Part shown: piece after piece, positions 40,180-54,272 of the stretch
Position numbering within the stretch: the first letter of the stretch is position 1
Layout: every line of letters starts with the position of its first letter
Source: the human T2T-CHM13v2.0 reference genome, Homo sapiens
Assembly: GCF_009914755.1 (NCBI RefSeq)
Contig: NC_060945.1
DNA: 64,000 nt
Reading direction: 5' to 3' (one strand)
Translations under genes and position numbers: made by a program
The notes under the pieces: model-generated
Databases searched by the model: none
Seen by the model: only the letters and a program-made list of their open reading frames with translations
Told to the model about the DNA's origin: nothing

Positions 40180-40830
40180 AACTGACAAACAGTATATATA
40201 CAATATGTATACATTTCTCGCAAAATTCAGTTTTATCATACAATTAAATTATGATTTAAAACTACCTGACAATTAATGGAGGAAAAAAATAAAACAACAT
40301 TTGCATTAATATTACCATAATTTTGATATTATTGTAAATATCAAAATATGTACTTAGAGATAAACCAGCAAAAAAGAGAAACATTTGAAAACTACAAAAC
40401 TACAAAATATTGCTAAAATAAATGAGACCTAAATAAATGGAATTTATGAGTCATAAATCTCTATATTGTTAAGATGTCTACTCTTCCCACATTGATCTAT
40501 AACAATTCCAATCAAATCACAGCTGGATTTCTTATTTTAGAAATTGAGAAACTAAAATTCTGAAATGTACATCAATGGGTAGAGGACCTATAATGGCAAA
40601 TTACTTTGAAAGGAAACAGTTACTTTGAAACCAGGTGCTGCTGGAGAATAAACAGCACCTGGATTCAAGACTTAGAACGTTACAGTAATACTTAAGACAA
40701 TGTAGTACAAATATAGATATACACATGTATATCAGCTATCAGCTAATTTTTGATAAAGTTCTTAGACCATTCATGGACATAACATTTTCAACAAATGCTT
40801 CTGAAACAATTAGATATCCCAGTATATATT
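40180..40830 (+). mobile_element. Old L1M ORF2 fragment
   Basis: A-rich degenerate ORF2 motifs (atattgttaagatgtc, ttccaatcaaatc). Confidence 0.55.
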
Positions 40831-41699
40831 TGTGTGTATGTGTGAAGCTCAATACTTCACACCTGAGAGGTATGAGTGTGCATTACAAAAGAGAACTAGG
40901 AAGCTTTGAGAGTATTGGATATGCTCATTGTCCCCTTCATGGTGATTGTTTAATGGGCACATGTACATATCAAATTCATCTCATTTACACTTTAAATATT
41001 GGAAGTGTGTTTTATGTTCGTTAGACATGAATAAAGCTGCAAAATGTTACCAAATATTCACTTACTATGCTTTTATTCATTTTCCTCTCTCTATAAACCT
41101 TCAGATAGAAAATGCAGTTGAAAGATATTTCATAAAGGAAGAAAAGAAGTATGAATACAGGTGAGAGATATTACTGAGATTTTTTTTCAGTGCAATCCTG
41201 GGCTTTTCTGACTAGCAATATTTTTATGTGCAGAAGTAGTAGAAAAGATAAATATTTTGTACAGTAGAAAAACACATTATTTCTGTGCCATGGAAGAGAG
41301 AACTCACAAAGATGACAGCTTCTGGCTATGTTGGATACTAACCAGTACTGTAAGTACCCAACGATCTGACTTTAACACTGGCTGTAAAGCTCCTTTAATG
41401 TTCCTTGCAAGGATTTGAACCTATTTACTGGAACCCTCATCGCTTATTGAGTTGAAAAACATTGTTGATATGTGTTTATCTTATATTTGCAGTAGAGTCA
41501 TAATTTTACTTTTTAGAAAATTATATATTAAACAAAAAAAGACACATGAAATTGTATATTGTTTAATGTTTCAACTGTGATATCACTCCATATGCATATT
41601 TAAATTCCTATTTGATAAAGGATAGGAAATACAGAAAGAATTCTTGTGATAATAGCGAACACAGAACTGTTGAAAGGTGTTGAAGCTGAGCTGGAGAGA

Positions 41700-42820
41700 G
41701 TCACCAAGGCTGGCGCCAAAGCTGGCAAGGTCGGAGGGTTTCCTGCCTGGGCGGCACAGCTTGAGCTCGCCCTGCGTCACGAGTGGTGGAAACTGCAGAC
41801 CCAGCTGGGCCCTGAGGTCTCTGCCTCAGCCTCCCGCCTGCTAGGAGCTGCGCTGAGGTCCCAGATAGGCGACGCTGGCGGGGTGCCCCTGAGCGAAGGC
41901 AGCCCATGTGTGGGACAGCAGCAGGAGACCAGGGTCCAGGGACCCACCTCCCACCGCGGGAACCTCGAGCCTCCCCTGGCACCCCTAGCTTGGTCCGCCT
42001 GGCCTCCGGAGCCCGGTGTGTATCCTGGTCATGGGGACGCCCACCAGGTGCCCGGGAGTCCCCCTCGGCCACAGCCTGCGGCTCCGCCGGCCCTCAAGCC
42101 CGGTGTGGGGACTCCAGCCCTGCCGCCTCTGCTCCCGCCAGGCCGGGACCTGTCCTCCTCCTGGGCGCCCGGCAGTAGGGGCGATGCACACTGCCCGCTG
42201 CCCTGCACAGCCTTTCGCCGCACATCCCCTCTCGCCCCTCTGCCCCGGGCCAGGACCTTCCTGGCCGCACAGAACCCACCTTCCTTCCCGTTGTAGAGCT
42301 GCTCCGCTTCCCCAACCCACAGGGAAAAACGGCAGATCTCCAACCAAACAGAAATCTGTGTGTGACTCCTCTGGTTTGATACTGCCAGTCCCCACATTTT
42401 CTTCCGGGTGTTTTCTTGGCAGAATGTGCTCAATGTTTGATGTTTCACCAGCAATGAGGCTGAAAAGTGACAGCAATAGAGAAACACATCAGGCTTTCCG
42501 TGACAAACATGACCTTCCCTTCTTCAAAACTCAGCAATCTCCACGGCACACAAAGGACTTAGGACAAGATGACCGAGCTGGAGTGCTCGCCCCAAAATGC
42601 AGGCCCGGAGTGGGTCACCTCCTTAGGGCAGGCCCAGGCTTGTCCTGGCTGCCCCGGCGCCTTTCTCCTCCCACCCAATGCAGGGGACCCCACAAACTCG
42701 GCTGTTGGGGCTCCCTGCTCCTCCCTCCACAGAAGCCACCTCCTGCCCTCCAAGCTGGGGGTCTCCTGGGGCGTCCTGGGCTGAGAGGGAAAGACGCCAG
42801 CTCCGCAAGCCAGGAAGGGA
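41700..42820. other. GC/CpG-rich island, possibly the 3'UTR part of the GRAMD4 retrocopy
   Basis: Abrupt rise in GC and CpG content; no recognisable protein homology in any of the long ORFs. Confidence 0.55.
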
Positions 42821-42821
42821 A

Positions 42822-43400
42822 CACCGCCACATTGTTACACGCACACACCACCACACTGTCACATGTACAGACACACGGAGACATTACCACACGGACACAC
42901 CGTCACATGGACACACTGGCACATTCACATGGACGGACACACAGACATACGGAGAAATCCACACGGACACACCACCACACTATCACAGGGACACACAGAC
43001 ACACGGAGACATCACATGGACACACCACCACACTATCACAGGGACACACAGACACACAAGAGACATCACTACACTGTCACATGGACACACCATCACAGGA
43101 ACACACAAACACACTGCCACATGGACACTGCCACACACAGACACACCGCCACACTGTCACATGGACACACCTCCACACTGTCAGACACCACCACACAGAC
43201 ACTGCCATGTGGACACAAGGACACACAGACATTGTCACATGGATACACACACTGTCACACGGAGACATCACCATGCAGATACATGAACACACCACCACAT
43301 GGACATAGCACCACACAGACACTCTGCCACACGGACACACCACCACACAGACACACCACCACGCTGCCACACAGAGACACCACCACATCGTTGCCACATT
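42822..43400. repeat. CA-rich degenerate tandem repeat (acacaccaccacactgtcacatggac-like units)
   Basis: Includes an exact 40-bp duplicate at 42965 and 43018 (period 53). Confidence 0.9.
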
Positions 43401-43473
43401 TTCATGTGTCAGCTGGCGGTGTGGGCCCCACGACTCTGAGCTCTAATAGATAAATTACTTAGGCATATAGTGA

Positions 43474-43775
<302 letters not shown>

Positions 43776-44189
43776 AAGAATTTCTTTCCATCTCCTGTGT
43801 TATTGCTTTGGCAGTGGAAATGCGCGTGGCCTCTAGAGTGGGTCCCAAGGTCATGAAGGCCTGTAAGGTGGAGGGCAAGGTCTCTCTTTCCAGGCTGGAA
43901 TGGAGGAAGATGTGGTGGCCGAGGGGCTGCATGTCCTCCTCGCGGCAGGCCCCTGAGGACCTTTATCCTCCTGAGCCGCAAATGTCCCTCAGGGGTGTCT
44001 AAAGCGCTGGGTGGGGCCCTTATAGGCCTTACGAGCTCTGGCCAATTAGTGGTCCGTAAAACGCAGAGGTGAACACCATAGAACCACAGGTCCAGGAGAA
44101 TTTTGCAAAAGCTCTGAGGATGCCCTTTTTTATTCTCCCACTGCAAAATTGTTTTAAAAAGCAAAAAATCCAGCAATGTCCGGGGAAAG

Positions 44190-45895
44190 TCAATACTGAG
44201 TGTCAGCGCGGGATGCTGCCGCTGATACGGTCCCGGCGTCCTGGCCGAAAGTGGCCTCCTCGGGGACCGCATCTCCGCGCACCATGGCAGCAAACGCCAG
44301 CGGTTTGTGGGCGGATGGTGTCCCCGTGGCCATCCCCGCTCCTGAGTGCGGAAGGACAGACAGGAGCGGGGACTTCTGGGTGTTCCTGGTGTCAGCCAGC
44401 TTGACGCCGTTGTTCCTCCTGGAAATCCGGGATTTGGAGAAGCACCTGGTTCCTGATGGAGGCCGTGGGCCTCTTGGTCCCCGCTTACCAGGCAGCGGCG
44501 CCAGCCTAGTTCTCAGCCCCGTCCCTGATGGGCGCCGCCTTCCATCAGGCCAAAGACTTTCCTCCAAACTACCCTTCTTGGGGCAGGGAAGCAGCATCCT
44601 GGGCCTTCCCTGGGGCCTGTGGTGCTGGCAGCAGCTCCACGTTGAGGTCGCCTGCAGCCCGCACCGCGGAGCGCTGGAGGTTCCTGAGCCCGGTCTGGGG
44701 AGGCCAATCCGCAGGTGCCTGGTGCCCGGTGCCTGCCGCAGTCTCAAAAGCGCCTGGAGGTGACATCCAGGAGCACCACTGCACCACCCGCAGGGAGACC
44801 CACGGCGAGGCGCGCCCCCTAAAGCGGCCAAGGAAGAAGCAGAAGGATAGGAAGGCACCCAGAGCTTGGGGTGATCTCAGGCCGCCCGCCCCGACCAAGT
44901 TCCTGGTCTCCGGGAGGTTTTTTTTTAATTTCTTCCATATTATTATCTTTATTATTATTAACTTTTCAAGATGGATTAAAGACTTAAATGTTAGATCTAA
45001 AACCGTAAAAACCCTAGAAGAAAACCTAGGCAATACCATTCAGGACATAGGCATGGGCAAGGACTTCATGTCTAAATCACCAAAAGCAATGGCAACAAAA
45101 GCCAAAATTGACAAATGGGATCTAACTAAACTAAAGAGCTTCTGCACAGCAAAAGAAACTACCATCAGAGTGAACAGGCAACTTACAGAATGGGAGAAAA
45201 ATTTTGCAATCTACCCATCTGACAAAGGGCTAATATCCAGAATCTACAAAGAACTTAAACAAATATACAAGAAAAAATCAAACAATCCCATCAAAAAGTG
45301 GGGGAAGGATATGAACAGACACTTCTCAGAAGAAGACATTTATGCAGCCAACAGACACATGAAAAAATGTTCATCATCACTGGCCATCAGAGAAATGCAA
45401 ATCAAAACCACAATCCGGGAGGTATTGCCAAAGACGATGTGGGCTTTCTGGGCAATGTCCGGCCTGAGCTGGAGATTCTGGGACGCGGTCAAGTGGTCCT
45501 TTGGAGATTCCACGGCTTCGGATCCCTACTGCAGGATGCTCCGCTGTGTCTGACAGCCTCTGGCATTTTGCTGAGGGGTAACCTCGGAATGTATAGACAT
45601 AAGAACACTGGGATGGCCCAGTCGTGCCCCAGGCATTCCCGCACACAGTGGTGGCAAAGGCAGGCGCTGAGACAAAGTGCCCAGTCGGCTTGGTGAGAGT
45701 TCTTTACAGGTTAGTGACAGACTTGGTCCCGTGCTTGTGTTTTCTCATGTTTTCAGTTAACCTGCGGATGCCCAGGGGCTCCTCCATCTCCAGCCTGTTC
45801 TCCTCGGGCTGAAGCCCAAAGTCCCCCATTTTCTCCTCAAACAGCTCACAGAGCCACTTCTGCAGGCAGGAGGACAGCGGTGGGCTCAGTGGCTG
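44190..45895 (-). pseudogene. GRAMD4P1: GRAMD4 processed pseudogene (5'-truncated CDS part), split by an L1
   Basis: Minus-strand peptides LSSCLQKWLCELFEEKMGDFGLQPEENRLEMEEPLGIRRLTENMRK and KLADTRNTQKSPLLSVLPHSGAGMATGTPSAHKPLAFAAMVRGDA...SAAAS align to recalled GRAMD4; intronless and frameshifted; the P1 suffix is inferred from the locus. Confidence 0.82.
44919..45413 (-). mobile_element. Inverted L1PA insertion with 10-bp TSD
   Basis: T-tail at 44919, then sense ORF2 ([21 protein letters not shown]...MQIKTT); TSD tccgggaggt at 44909-44918 and 45414-45423. Confidence 0.88.
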
Positions 45896-46879
45896 ACCTA
45901 GGAAGCCACATCTGAAGGAACTGCTGGGTGACTATGGCCATAAGTCAATCAAAGCAGACTCCCTGGCTTGCTGCGCTACATTGATTTTGTTTTCATTTTT
46001 TAAAAGACGCAGAAGGGAGGTCCTAGGAAATTTGCCCAATGCAGATGCTGACAAGAGTGGTGACATGAAAAAGATTACCCAGAAGGAAAACAAGAGCTAT
46101 TTTCTAAACATCTGAAATCTGTATAGGCTTTTGGAAAAGTGAAACTAGATGCAAAGCACAATGATATAATTCTGGCAATTTCCACTGACACAGAACTCAG
46201 TCAATCTGAATTAATCTAAGGGTTATAAGGAAAATGGCACTCCAAGAAGTATCTATTAACATCACTCAGCTGCTGTGAAATAGGCTTACAGACAACACGG
46301 AGTGTCAATTATCCAATGTTTAAAGTCAGTGATACAGATTGGACTACAATCTCTATGGCTCATAAAGTCTTCTTTAAAGGATTGACAGATGATTTATCTC
46401 ATATGTAGACAATGATTCTCAGCAGTTAGCTAGCACAACTTGCTAATATCAATTGCTTGAGAAAATCAGATAATTGCTTGAGAAAATTAGGACATTGCTT
46501 GAGGATGTTAGGTAATTAAATAAATTACTTTTTTAAAGAATAGTTTAATGTTTTGGCAAGTAGACTTTAAAATAGATTGGTAATATTTTAAAGGCCACTT
46601 TTAAAGAAGTAGCAATATAACATGTGGAATTATGAAAAATAATAATGTTGGAAACAATTCAATTTTCTATCACAGATAATTTCACAAATATAGAAATACC
46701 ATCTCAATAATTAGAAGAAGTAGCAGCAATTTCTGTCATTTTTATGCAAGTTACTCCTAGTCCATTTATCTGGTCTTAAATAGTGTTTTTAAAATTTGTT
46801 TTCAAACAAGTCTAATCATAAATAATAGAATATATTTTACAATAGTTGAAGGTAACAAAAAATAAGTGCTATTTAAAAA

Positions 46880-48475
46880 ATTGTATTAGATTGTTTAAAA
46901 ATGTTGTGGGTACATAGTATGTGTATGTATCTGTGGGGTCCCTGAGATGTTTTGATACAGGCATGTAATGTGAAATAAGCACATCTTGGGGAATGGGGTA
47001 TCCCTCCCCTCAAGCATTTATCCTTCAAGTTATAAAAAATGCAATTACAGTCTTAGTTATTTCAAAATGTACCATTAAATTATTATTGGATATAGTCACC
47101 CTATTGTGCTATAAAATAGTAGGTCTTATTAACTCTCTATTTTTATACCCATTAACCATCCCCACCTTCCCACAAACCTCCCCCCAGCTACCTTTCCCAG
47201 CCTCTGATAACCATCCTTATACTCCATATGTCCATGAGTTTGTTTTGATTTTAGATTCCACAAATAAGTAAGAACATGTAACATTTGTCTTTCTGCGCCT
47301 GGCTTATTTCACTTAATATAATGATCCATAATGTTCCATCATTGTTACTGACAATGACTGGATCTTGTTCTTTGTTACAGCTGAATAGTCCTCCATTGTG
47401 TATATGTACCACATTTTCTTTATCCATTCATCTGTTGATGGACACTAAGGTTTCTTCCAAATCTTAGTTTTGTAAACAGTGCTGCAACAAATATGGGAGT
47501 GCAGATATGTATTTGACATACTGATTTCCTTCATTTTTGGTATAGACCCAGCAGTAGGATTGCTAGATCATATGGTAGCTCAACTTTTAGTTTATTGAGA
47601 AACATCCAAACAGTTCACCTTGGTGGTTTTATTAATTTACATTCCCAGGAGCAGTGTACAAGTGTTCCATTTTCTCTGCATCCCTGCTAGCATTTGTTAC
47701 TGCCTGTCTTTTGCATACAAGTCATATAAACTGTGGTGAGATGATATCTCATTGTAGTTTTGATTTGCATTTCTCTGATGATCGGTGATATTGAGCACCT
47801 TTTCTTATACCTGTTTGCCATTTGTAGGTCTTCTTTCGAGAAATATCTATTCAAATCTTTTGCCCCCTTTTTTTTAACCAGGTTATTAGATTGTTTCTTA
47901 AAGAGTTGTTTGAGCTTTTTATATATTCTGATTATTAATCCTTTGTTGGATGAGTAGTTTGCAAATATTTTCTCCCATTCTGTGGATTGTCTCTTAACTT
48001 TGTTGATTGTATCATTTTCTGTGCAGAAGCGTTTTAACTTAATGTGATCCATTTGTCCATTTTTGCTTTGGTTGCCTGTGCTTGTCGGGTATTGCTCAAG
48101 ATATTTTTGCCCAGACCAATGTCCTGGAGATTTTTTTATAGTTTGAGGTATTAGCTTTACATCTTTAATCAACTTTGATTTTACTTTTGTATTCGGTGAT
48201 AGATACTAGTCTGTTTTCATTCTTCTGCATATGGATATCCAGTTTTTTCAACACCATTTCCCACCAGTGTATGTTCTTGGCACCTTTGTCAAAAATGAGT
48301 TCACTGTAGGTATATAGATTTGTTACTGGGTTCTCTATTGTGTTCCATTGATCTATGGGTCTCTTTTTATGCCAGTACCCTACTCTTTTGGTTACTATAA
48401 TTCTGTAGTATAATATGAAGTCAGATAATATAATTCCTCCACTTTTATTTATTTATTTATTTTTGCTTAGGATAG
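46880..48475 (-). mobile_element. L1MA 3' region
   Basis: Reverse L1 3'UTR plus ORF2 peptide (KRQSTEWEKIFANY...MQIKTTMRYHLT). Confidence 0.85.
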
Positions 48476-48623
48476 TATTATTTCTTATACTGAAAGCATT
48501 CTATGTTATTTATTATTAGGCTAATTTTGTAGTTTACAATGCTATCCTCTTTTACAAAGCTGTGATCAACTCAAAGTCCAGATCAGGGTCAATTGTAGCT
48601 ATTTGCAAAAGTAGCAATATTCT

Positions 48624-48922
<299 letters not shown>

Positions 48923-49229
48923 CTATACTGTGTAATTATTGACAGCATAATTCACTATTATGTGGATCAGAGAGCAGAGGATTCTGAATGCATGAACATA
49001 TCTTTAACATTTCAATACATTACTCATAATTACTAATGAACTAAAGAGAAACCAAGAAATTATGGTGGTAGTTATATTGACCTGGAGAAATGTAGACACA
49101 AAAGAATGGTAAGATGAGAAATGTGTTAACACAGGCTATAAGGGCATGCAAGAATAAAAATAGGGGAGAAAACAGGAGAGTTTTTCAAGAGCTTTCTGGT
49201 CATGTAAGTCAATTTGTATCAGTTAATTT

Positions 49230-49750
49230 TTAAAAGGTTTATTTACATGCAATAAACTGCACATACTTCAATTGTACATTTTGATAATTCTTGGCATTTG
49301 TAGCTCTACAAAACCAACAACATATTAAAATAGCAAACATATCCATTACCTTTACCACCAAAGTTTCCTTGTGCTTTTTCTACTCACTTTTTCCTGCCTA
49401 TCCCCATTCCATCCACAGGCAACCACTGATCCACTTCCAGTCACTATCCATGAGTTTTTATTTCCAAATACATAAAATCATAGGGTATGTATACTTTCTG
49501 ATCACTCAGCATCACTATTTTTGAGATTTATTCATGTTGCTACATCTATCAATTGTTCTGTTCTTACTAGGGAGTATTATTTCATTATATACAGATACCA
49601 TAGTAAGTTTATAAATCACAAATTCACCTGTCCATGGATATTTGAACTGTTTTCAGGTTTTGGCTGTTGCAAGTAAAGCTGCTATGAAGATTCATGTAAA
49701 ATCCTTTGAATGGTCATATGCTCTTAGGTTTTCATCTCTACCGGAAGTGG
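49230..49750 (-). mobile_element. Old L1M 3' end fragment
   Basis: caggcaaccactgatcc, tttttgagatttattcatgttg motifs. Confidence 0.6.
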
Positions 49751-51589
49751 AATAGATAGCTATATGGCTATCATGTCTGTAATATGCAAACACAAAGCCT
49801 GACAAAACTGATTTCTAAAGTGGAAATTCCACTGAAGAACCTTGACTCCAACCTGGCTTTTGAGATTATCTCCTATGTCTGGTGCAATGATTGGTCCTGG
49901 GGTAGCCACATGACCCAAGGGGGACCATGTTTAAACTTCTGAGTTTTCACTGAGATTAACATGCATTTGTTGAAAGAGAAACCCCTTTTCCCCTACTCCC
50001 CCAGCTGCAAATGCTTTCAGGGATTACATCATGTTGGAACATTTGGTTACAGTGTTTCCTAAACTTTGAGGGTAAAAATTGTTCAAGTAGGTAAAAATGG
50101 AGCACATACAAAGAAAAAAGGAGTCCAGAAATATCAAATAAAGAAAGGGCCTCCATAAAATCATTTGAACTTATGATTAATTCATTAGTCATTAAAATAA
50201 GTTTAGTGTACAAAGAATCATCCCCCCAACCACCCTTTATTCCTTCACCAGGTTTAAGTTACATTTTTTAACTTGCAAACAAAAGATTTGTCATTAACTT
50301 AGACATCAAAATCCCTTGTCTCCAAGAGCAATCATTCAACTCTGTCCCTCTCATTATTACAATAATATGTTCACTTTATTCTGCATACACCTGCTCTTTG
50401 CCCTTGTCTCCCTATTCTATTCTGTTAAACTTATATCCAGACATTTATTTCATTTTATATCAAAGAAACTGTATACATGTTTTTAATCTTAGAAAAATTT
50501 CTGAGTAATCTTTTGTCTCATATTCGATTTTAAGCCACCCAAGAAGCATTATTTTTTCATTTAGCATTTTAACTTTTCTAACCCAGGACTTTTATAGTAG
50601 ATATTATGTCTTTTTCTAAATGTCCTGCTTCAATTTACATTTTAAATCTAATTTTTAAAAAGTGTATGTTTTGAATATTAGCATCATGCATCTCAGGCCT
50701 AAATATCCCTTGATAACAAATATTGTCTTTTTTTCTCTACGTTTTTCACATATTTCAATAGGGAGATATATTGCCTGCAACAATAAAAGTTTTTGTCAAT
50801 ATAACATAACACATAGGCAAAATATTGTTTCCAAGTGATTGATGATGTGGTGCCTTCAGTCTAGTCCCAACCCCTCAATGTAATCATCCCTAAATCTAAT
50901 GAAATATGAAATAAATATTTCATTTTGTTTCTAAAATTCAGCAGAAAAATATATAGCCTGTCACATATAGCCTGTAACACCAACATATAAAAATTAAAGC
51001 AGTTCCTTCTCCACTCCCACTGCTTCACTTGACTAGCCTTAAAAAATAATAATAATAAAAAATAAAAGCAAAATTGTTCCTTTACTTATCTTTGAAATCT
51101 AATGGGTATACTATCAGAAAAGCTCTTATATATATGGAGGGCCTCTATAAAATATAGACTCTTAACTAGAAAAGTAGACTTATATGATAGTTAAATTTAA
51201 AACACAATTGTATATGGTACCTTCCCAAATGCACCAGTACTTATTTCAGAATGCATGATGTAATTGACTAAACCATTTAGGGCTAGACCTCTGAAATAAA
51301 AGGCATTCACACTTTGTGATTCCTGGGGAAAATATTATTCAAAATAGAAACATGCAGAACCTTTACCTGATCGTGATAAAAAAATGTTCCTACTTGTTAA
51401 TATGCCACAGCTTTTACAAGGTCAGCAAAAAGAGATTATCCCATAATATAAGCTGATGGCCGAAATTATCTGCCTTACTTTAGTTACTATAATATCTATT
51501 AAGTGTAAATTTCTTTTGAAAGAAAACAGATACATTTTTCTCAGAAATGTCTTTAGATGAAGATCTAGCACATCTGTGTTTCTCACTTT

Positions 51590-54272
51590 TTAAAATGTTG
51601 ATTTTATTGATAAATAAATATATATAGGGTACAATGTGGTACGATACAAGTAAATATTGTGAAATGGACAAATTAGGCTAAAAAACATATCCTTCACCTC
51701 AGATATTTATTACATTATGGTGAAACATTTAAAATGTACTATTTTAGCACTTTTAAGATATGCACTACATTATAAGTGACTGCAGTCACTTTGCTGTGCA
51801 CCATATCACCAGAATGTCTTTCTCCTAACTGAAGCATTATCCCATTGAATATTTCCCCTTTTTCCACCCCTGCCCCCCACCCTGCTCAGCCTCTGATAAA
51901 CCACCATTCTACTCTTAACTTCTATGAGTGCACAGTTTTGGATTTCACATATAAGTGATATTAAGAGATATTTGTCTTTCTGTGTCTGGCTTATTTTACT
52001 TAGCATAATGTCCTCTAAATCCATCCATGTTTTTGCAAATGACAGAATTTCATTCATTTATAAAGATAAGCCGTATTTTTGTATGCATCCTACATATACT
52101 TTTAACTTTCCACAGCTTTATTGAGATATAATTTATACATTGTGTAATTCACTCATTTAAAGTACAAACTTCAAATTCTTTTAGTATATTAACTGGATGG
52201 ACAAATAATCATCATAATATAATTTTAGAACATTTTAATTCTCCTTAAAAGAGACTTGCACCCATTAGCAATCTTCCCCATTTTCTCCAGCTTTTTTTAA
52301 ACCCCTCCTAGTCTAGGCAACCACTCGTCTACTTTCTGACTATGAATTTGCCTATTCTGGACATTTCACATAAATGGAATCATAATAACACATAGTCACT
52401 TTTTACTCACATCTTTCACTTAACGTATTTTTAATGTTCATCCATTTTGGAGCATGCATTAACAGTTTTTTACCTTTTCTTGCTAAATAAGGTTCTGTTT
52501 TATGGACACACCACATTTTATTTATCCACTCCTCGGCTGATGAACATTTCTGTTGTTTTCTACTTTGTGTTGCTATAAACATTTGTGTACTACTGTTTGT
52601 GTAACATTTGTTTTATTTTCTTTTTGGTAAACACACAGAAGTGGAATTGCTGGGTCATGTGATAACTCTATGTTTAACCATTTGAAGAACTGCCAGACTG
52701 TTTTACATTTTAAAGTCTCACCAGTGGTGTAGAAGGGTTCCAATTTTTCCACATATTTTTATCCATTTTTCAGTTGATAAGCACTTAGGTTGTTTCTAAT
52801 TCATGGGTATTATGAATAATGCTGCAACGAACATGAAATTGCAGATGTCTCTTTTTGACATACGGATTGAAATTCCTTTGGACATATATCCAGAAGTGGG
52901 ATTGATGGATCATAGGGTAAATATACTTATAATTTCTTGAGGAAACTTCATACTGTTTTCCAAGATGGCTGTACTAATTTCCATTCCTACCAACAGTGTA
53001 CAGGGTTTCTTTTTCTCCACATCCTCATCAACACTTATCTTCCGTCTCTTTTTATAATAGCCTTAGTAAAATGTGTGAGGTGATATCTCATTGTGGCTTT
53101 GATTTGCATTTCTCTGATAATTAGAAATGTTTTTGATTTTTTCATGTACCTGTTGGCCTTTTGTATGCCTTAGGAAGTGTCTATTCTGGTTCTTTGCTTA
53201 TTTTTTTAATAAGCATAGTTTTATTCTTATTTTTGAGTAGGTTGAGTTACTTATATATTATTATATGAGCCCTTTATCTGATGTATGGTTTAAAAATGTT
53301 ATCCCATTTGTGGGTTCTCTTCATTCTATTATCGCTTCTTTTCCTGTGGAAAAGCTTTTTAGTTTTATGCAATCTCATTCGTGTGTTTTTGCTTTTGTTG
53401 CCTGTGCTTTTGGAATAATCTACAGAAAATCATAGCTCAGGCCAATGTCATACAGTCTTCTTCTATATTTCCTTGTAGTAGTTTTACATTTAAGTCTTTA
53501 ATTTTGATTTGATACTTGTATAAAGAGCAAAAGGAAAGTCAAATTTTATTCTTCTGTATGTGGATATTCAGTTTTTTCTACACCATTTATTGAAAATAAT
53601 TTTCTTTCTTCATTGTGTATTTTTAGTCATTTTATCAAAAAATCAATTGACCACAGACACACGGACTTATTTACGGGTTCTATATCCCTTTGCACTGTTC
53701 TACCTGTCTGTTTTTATGCCACTGCTATGTTGTTTTAATTACTATGGCTTTGTAATATAGTTTGGAATTGGGTAGTCTGATACCTCCAGCTTTGTTCTTT
53801 TTGTTCAAGATTGCTTTGGTTAGTCGGGGTCTTTTGTGGTTCCATACAAATTTTAGCAGTAATTTTTCTATTTCGGGGAATTTGATAGTGGTTGCATTTA
53901 ATCTGTAGATTGCTTTGGGTAGCATTGACACTTTTACAATACTAATTTTTGAATCCATCAATAAAGGATGTTTCTCCATTTATTTATGCCATTTTAATTT
54001 TTTTCATCAATGTGCTATAGTTTTCAGTGTGCAAATCTTTCACATTCTTGATTAAATTTACTCCTAAGTCTTTTATATATTTTTATATCTGTTTTGATTC
54101 TATTATAAATTGAATTGCCTTATTACTTTATTTTTCAGGTAATAGTTTGTCATTAGTGTATAGAAACAATAATGCTAGCTGTATGTTGATTTTGTAACTA
54201 TTAACTTTATTGAATTTCTTTATCAGCTTTAACCATTTATTTTGGTGGAGTCTTTAAGATTTTCTCTATCTT
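51590..54272 (-). mobile_element. Nested L1MA/L1MB fragments, continuing at ~57560-57655 after the CXADR retrocopy
   Basis: Two reverse L1 3' ends (~51590 and ~52100); ORF2 peptides (AKTWMDLEDIMLSKISQ; [10 protein letters not shown]...KLYYKA). Confidence 0.8.

Noticed and set aside
42016-43453. 430-aa ORF and overlapping 202- and 196-aa His/Thr-rich ORFs
   Set aside because: Open because GC-rich and T-poor CA-repeat sequence rarely forms stop codons; several frames are open at once; no recognisable domain
44528-45553. 341-aa ORF
   Set aside because: Chimera of antisense GRAMD4 pseudogene sequence and an L1 ORF2 fragment
46451-46505. Three ~21-bp copies of attgcttgag(a/g)a
   Set aside because: Short slippage duplication with no supporting context
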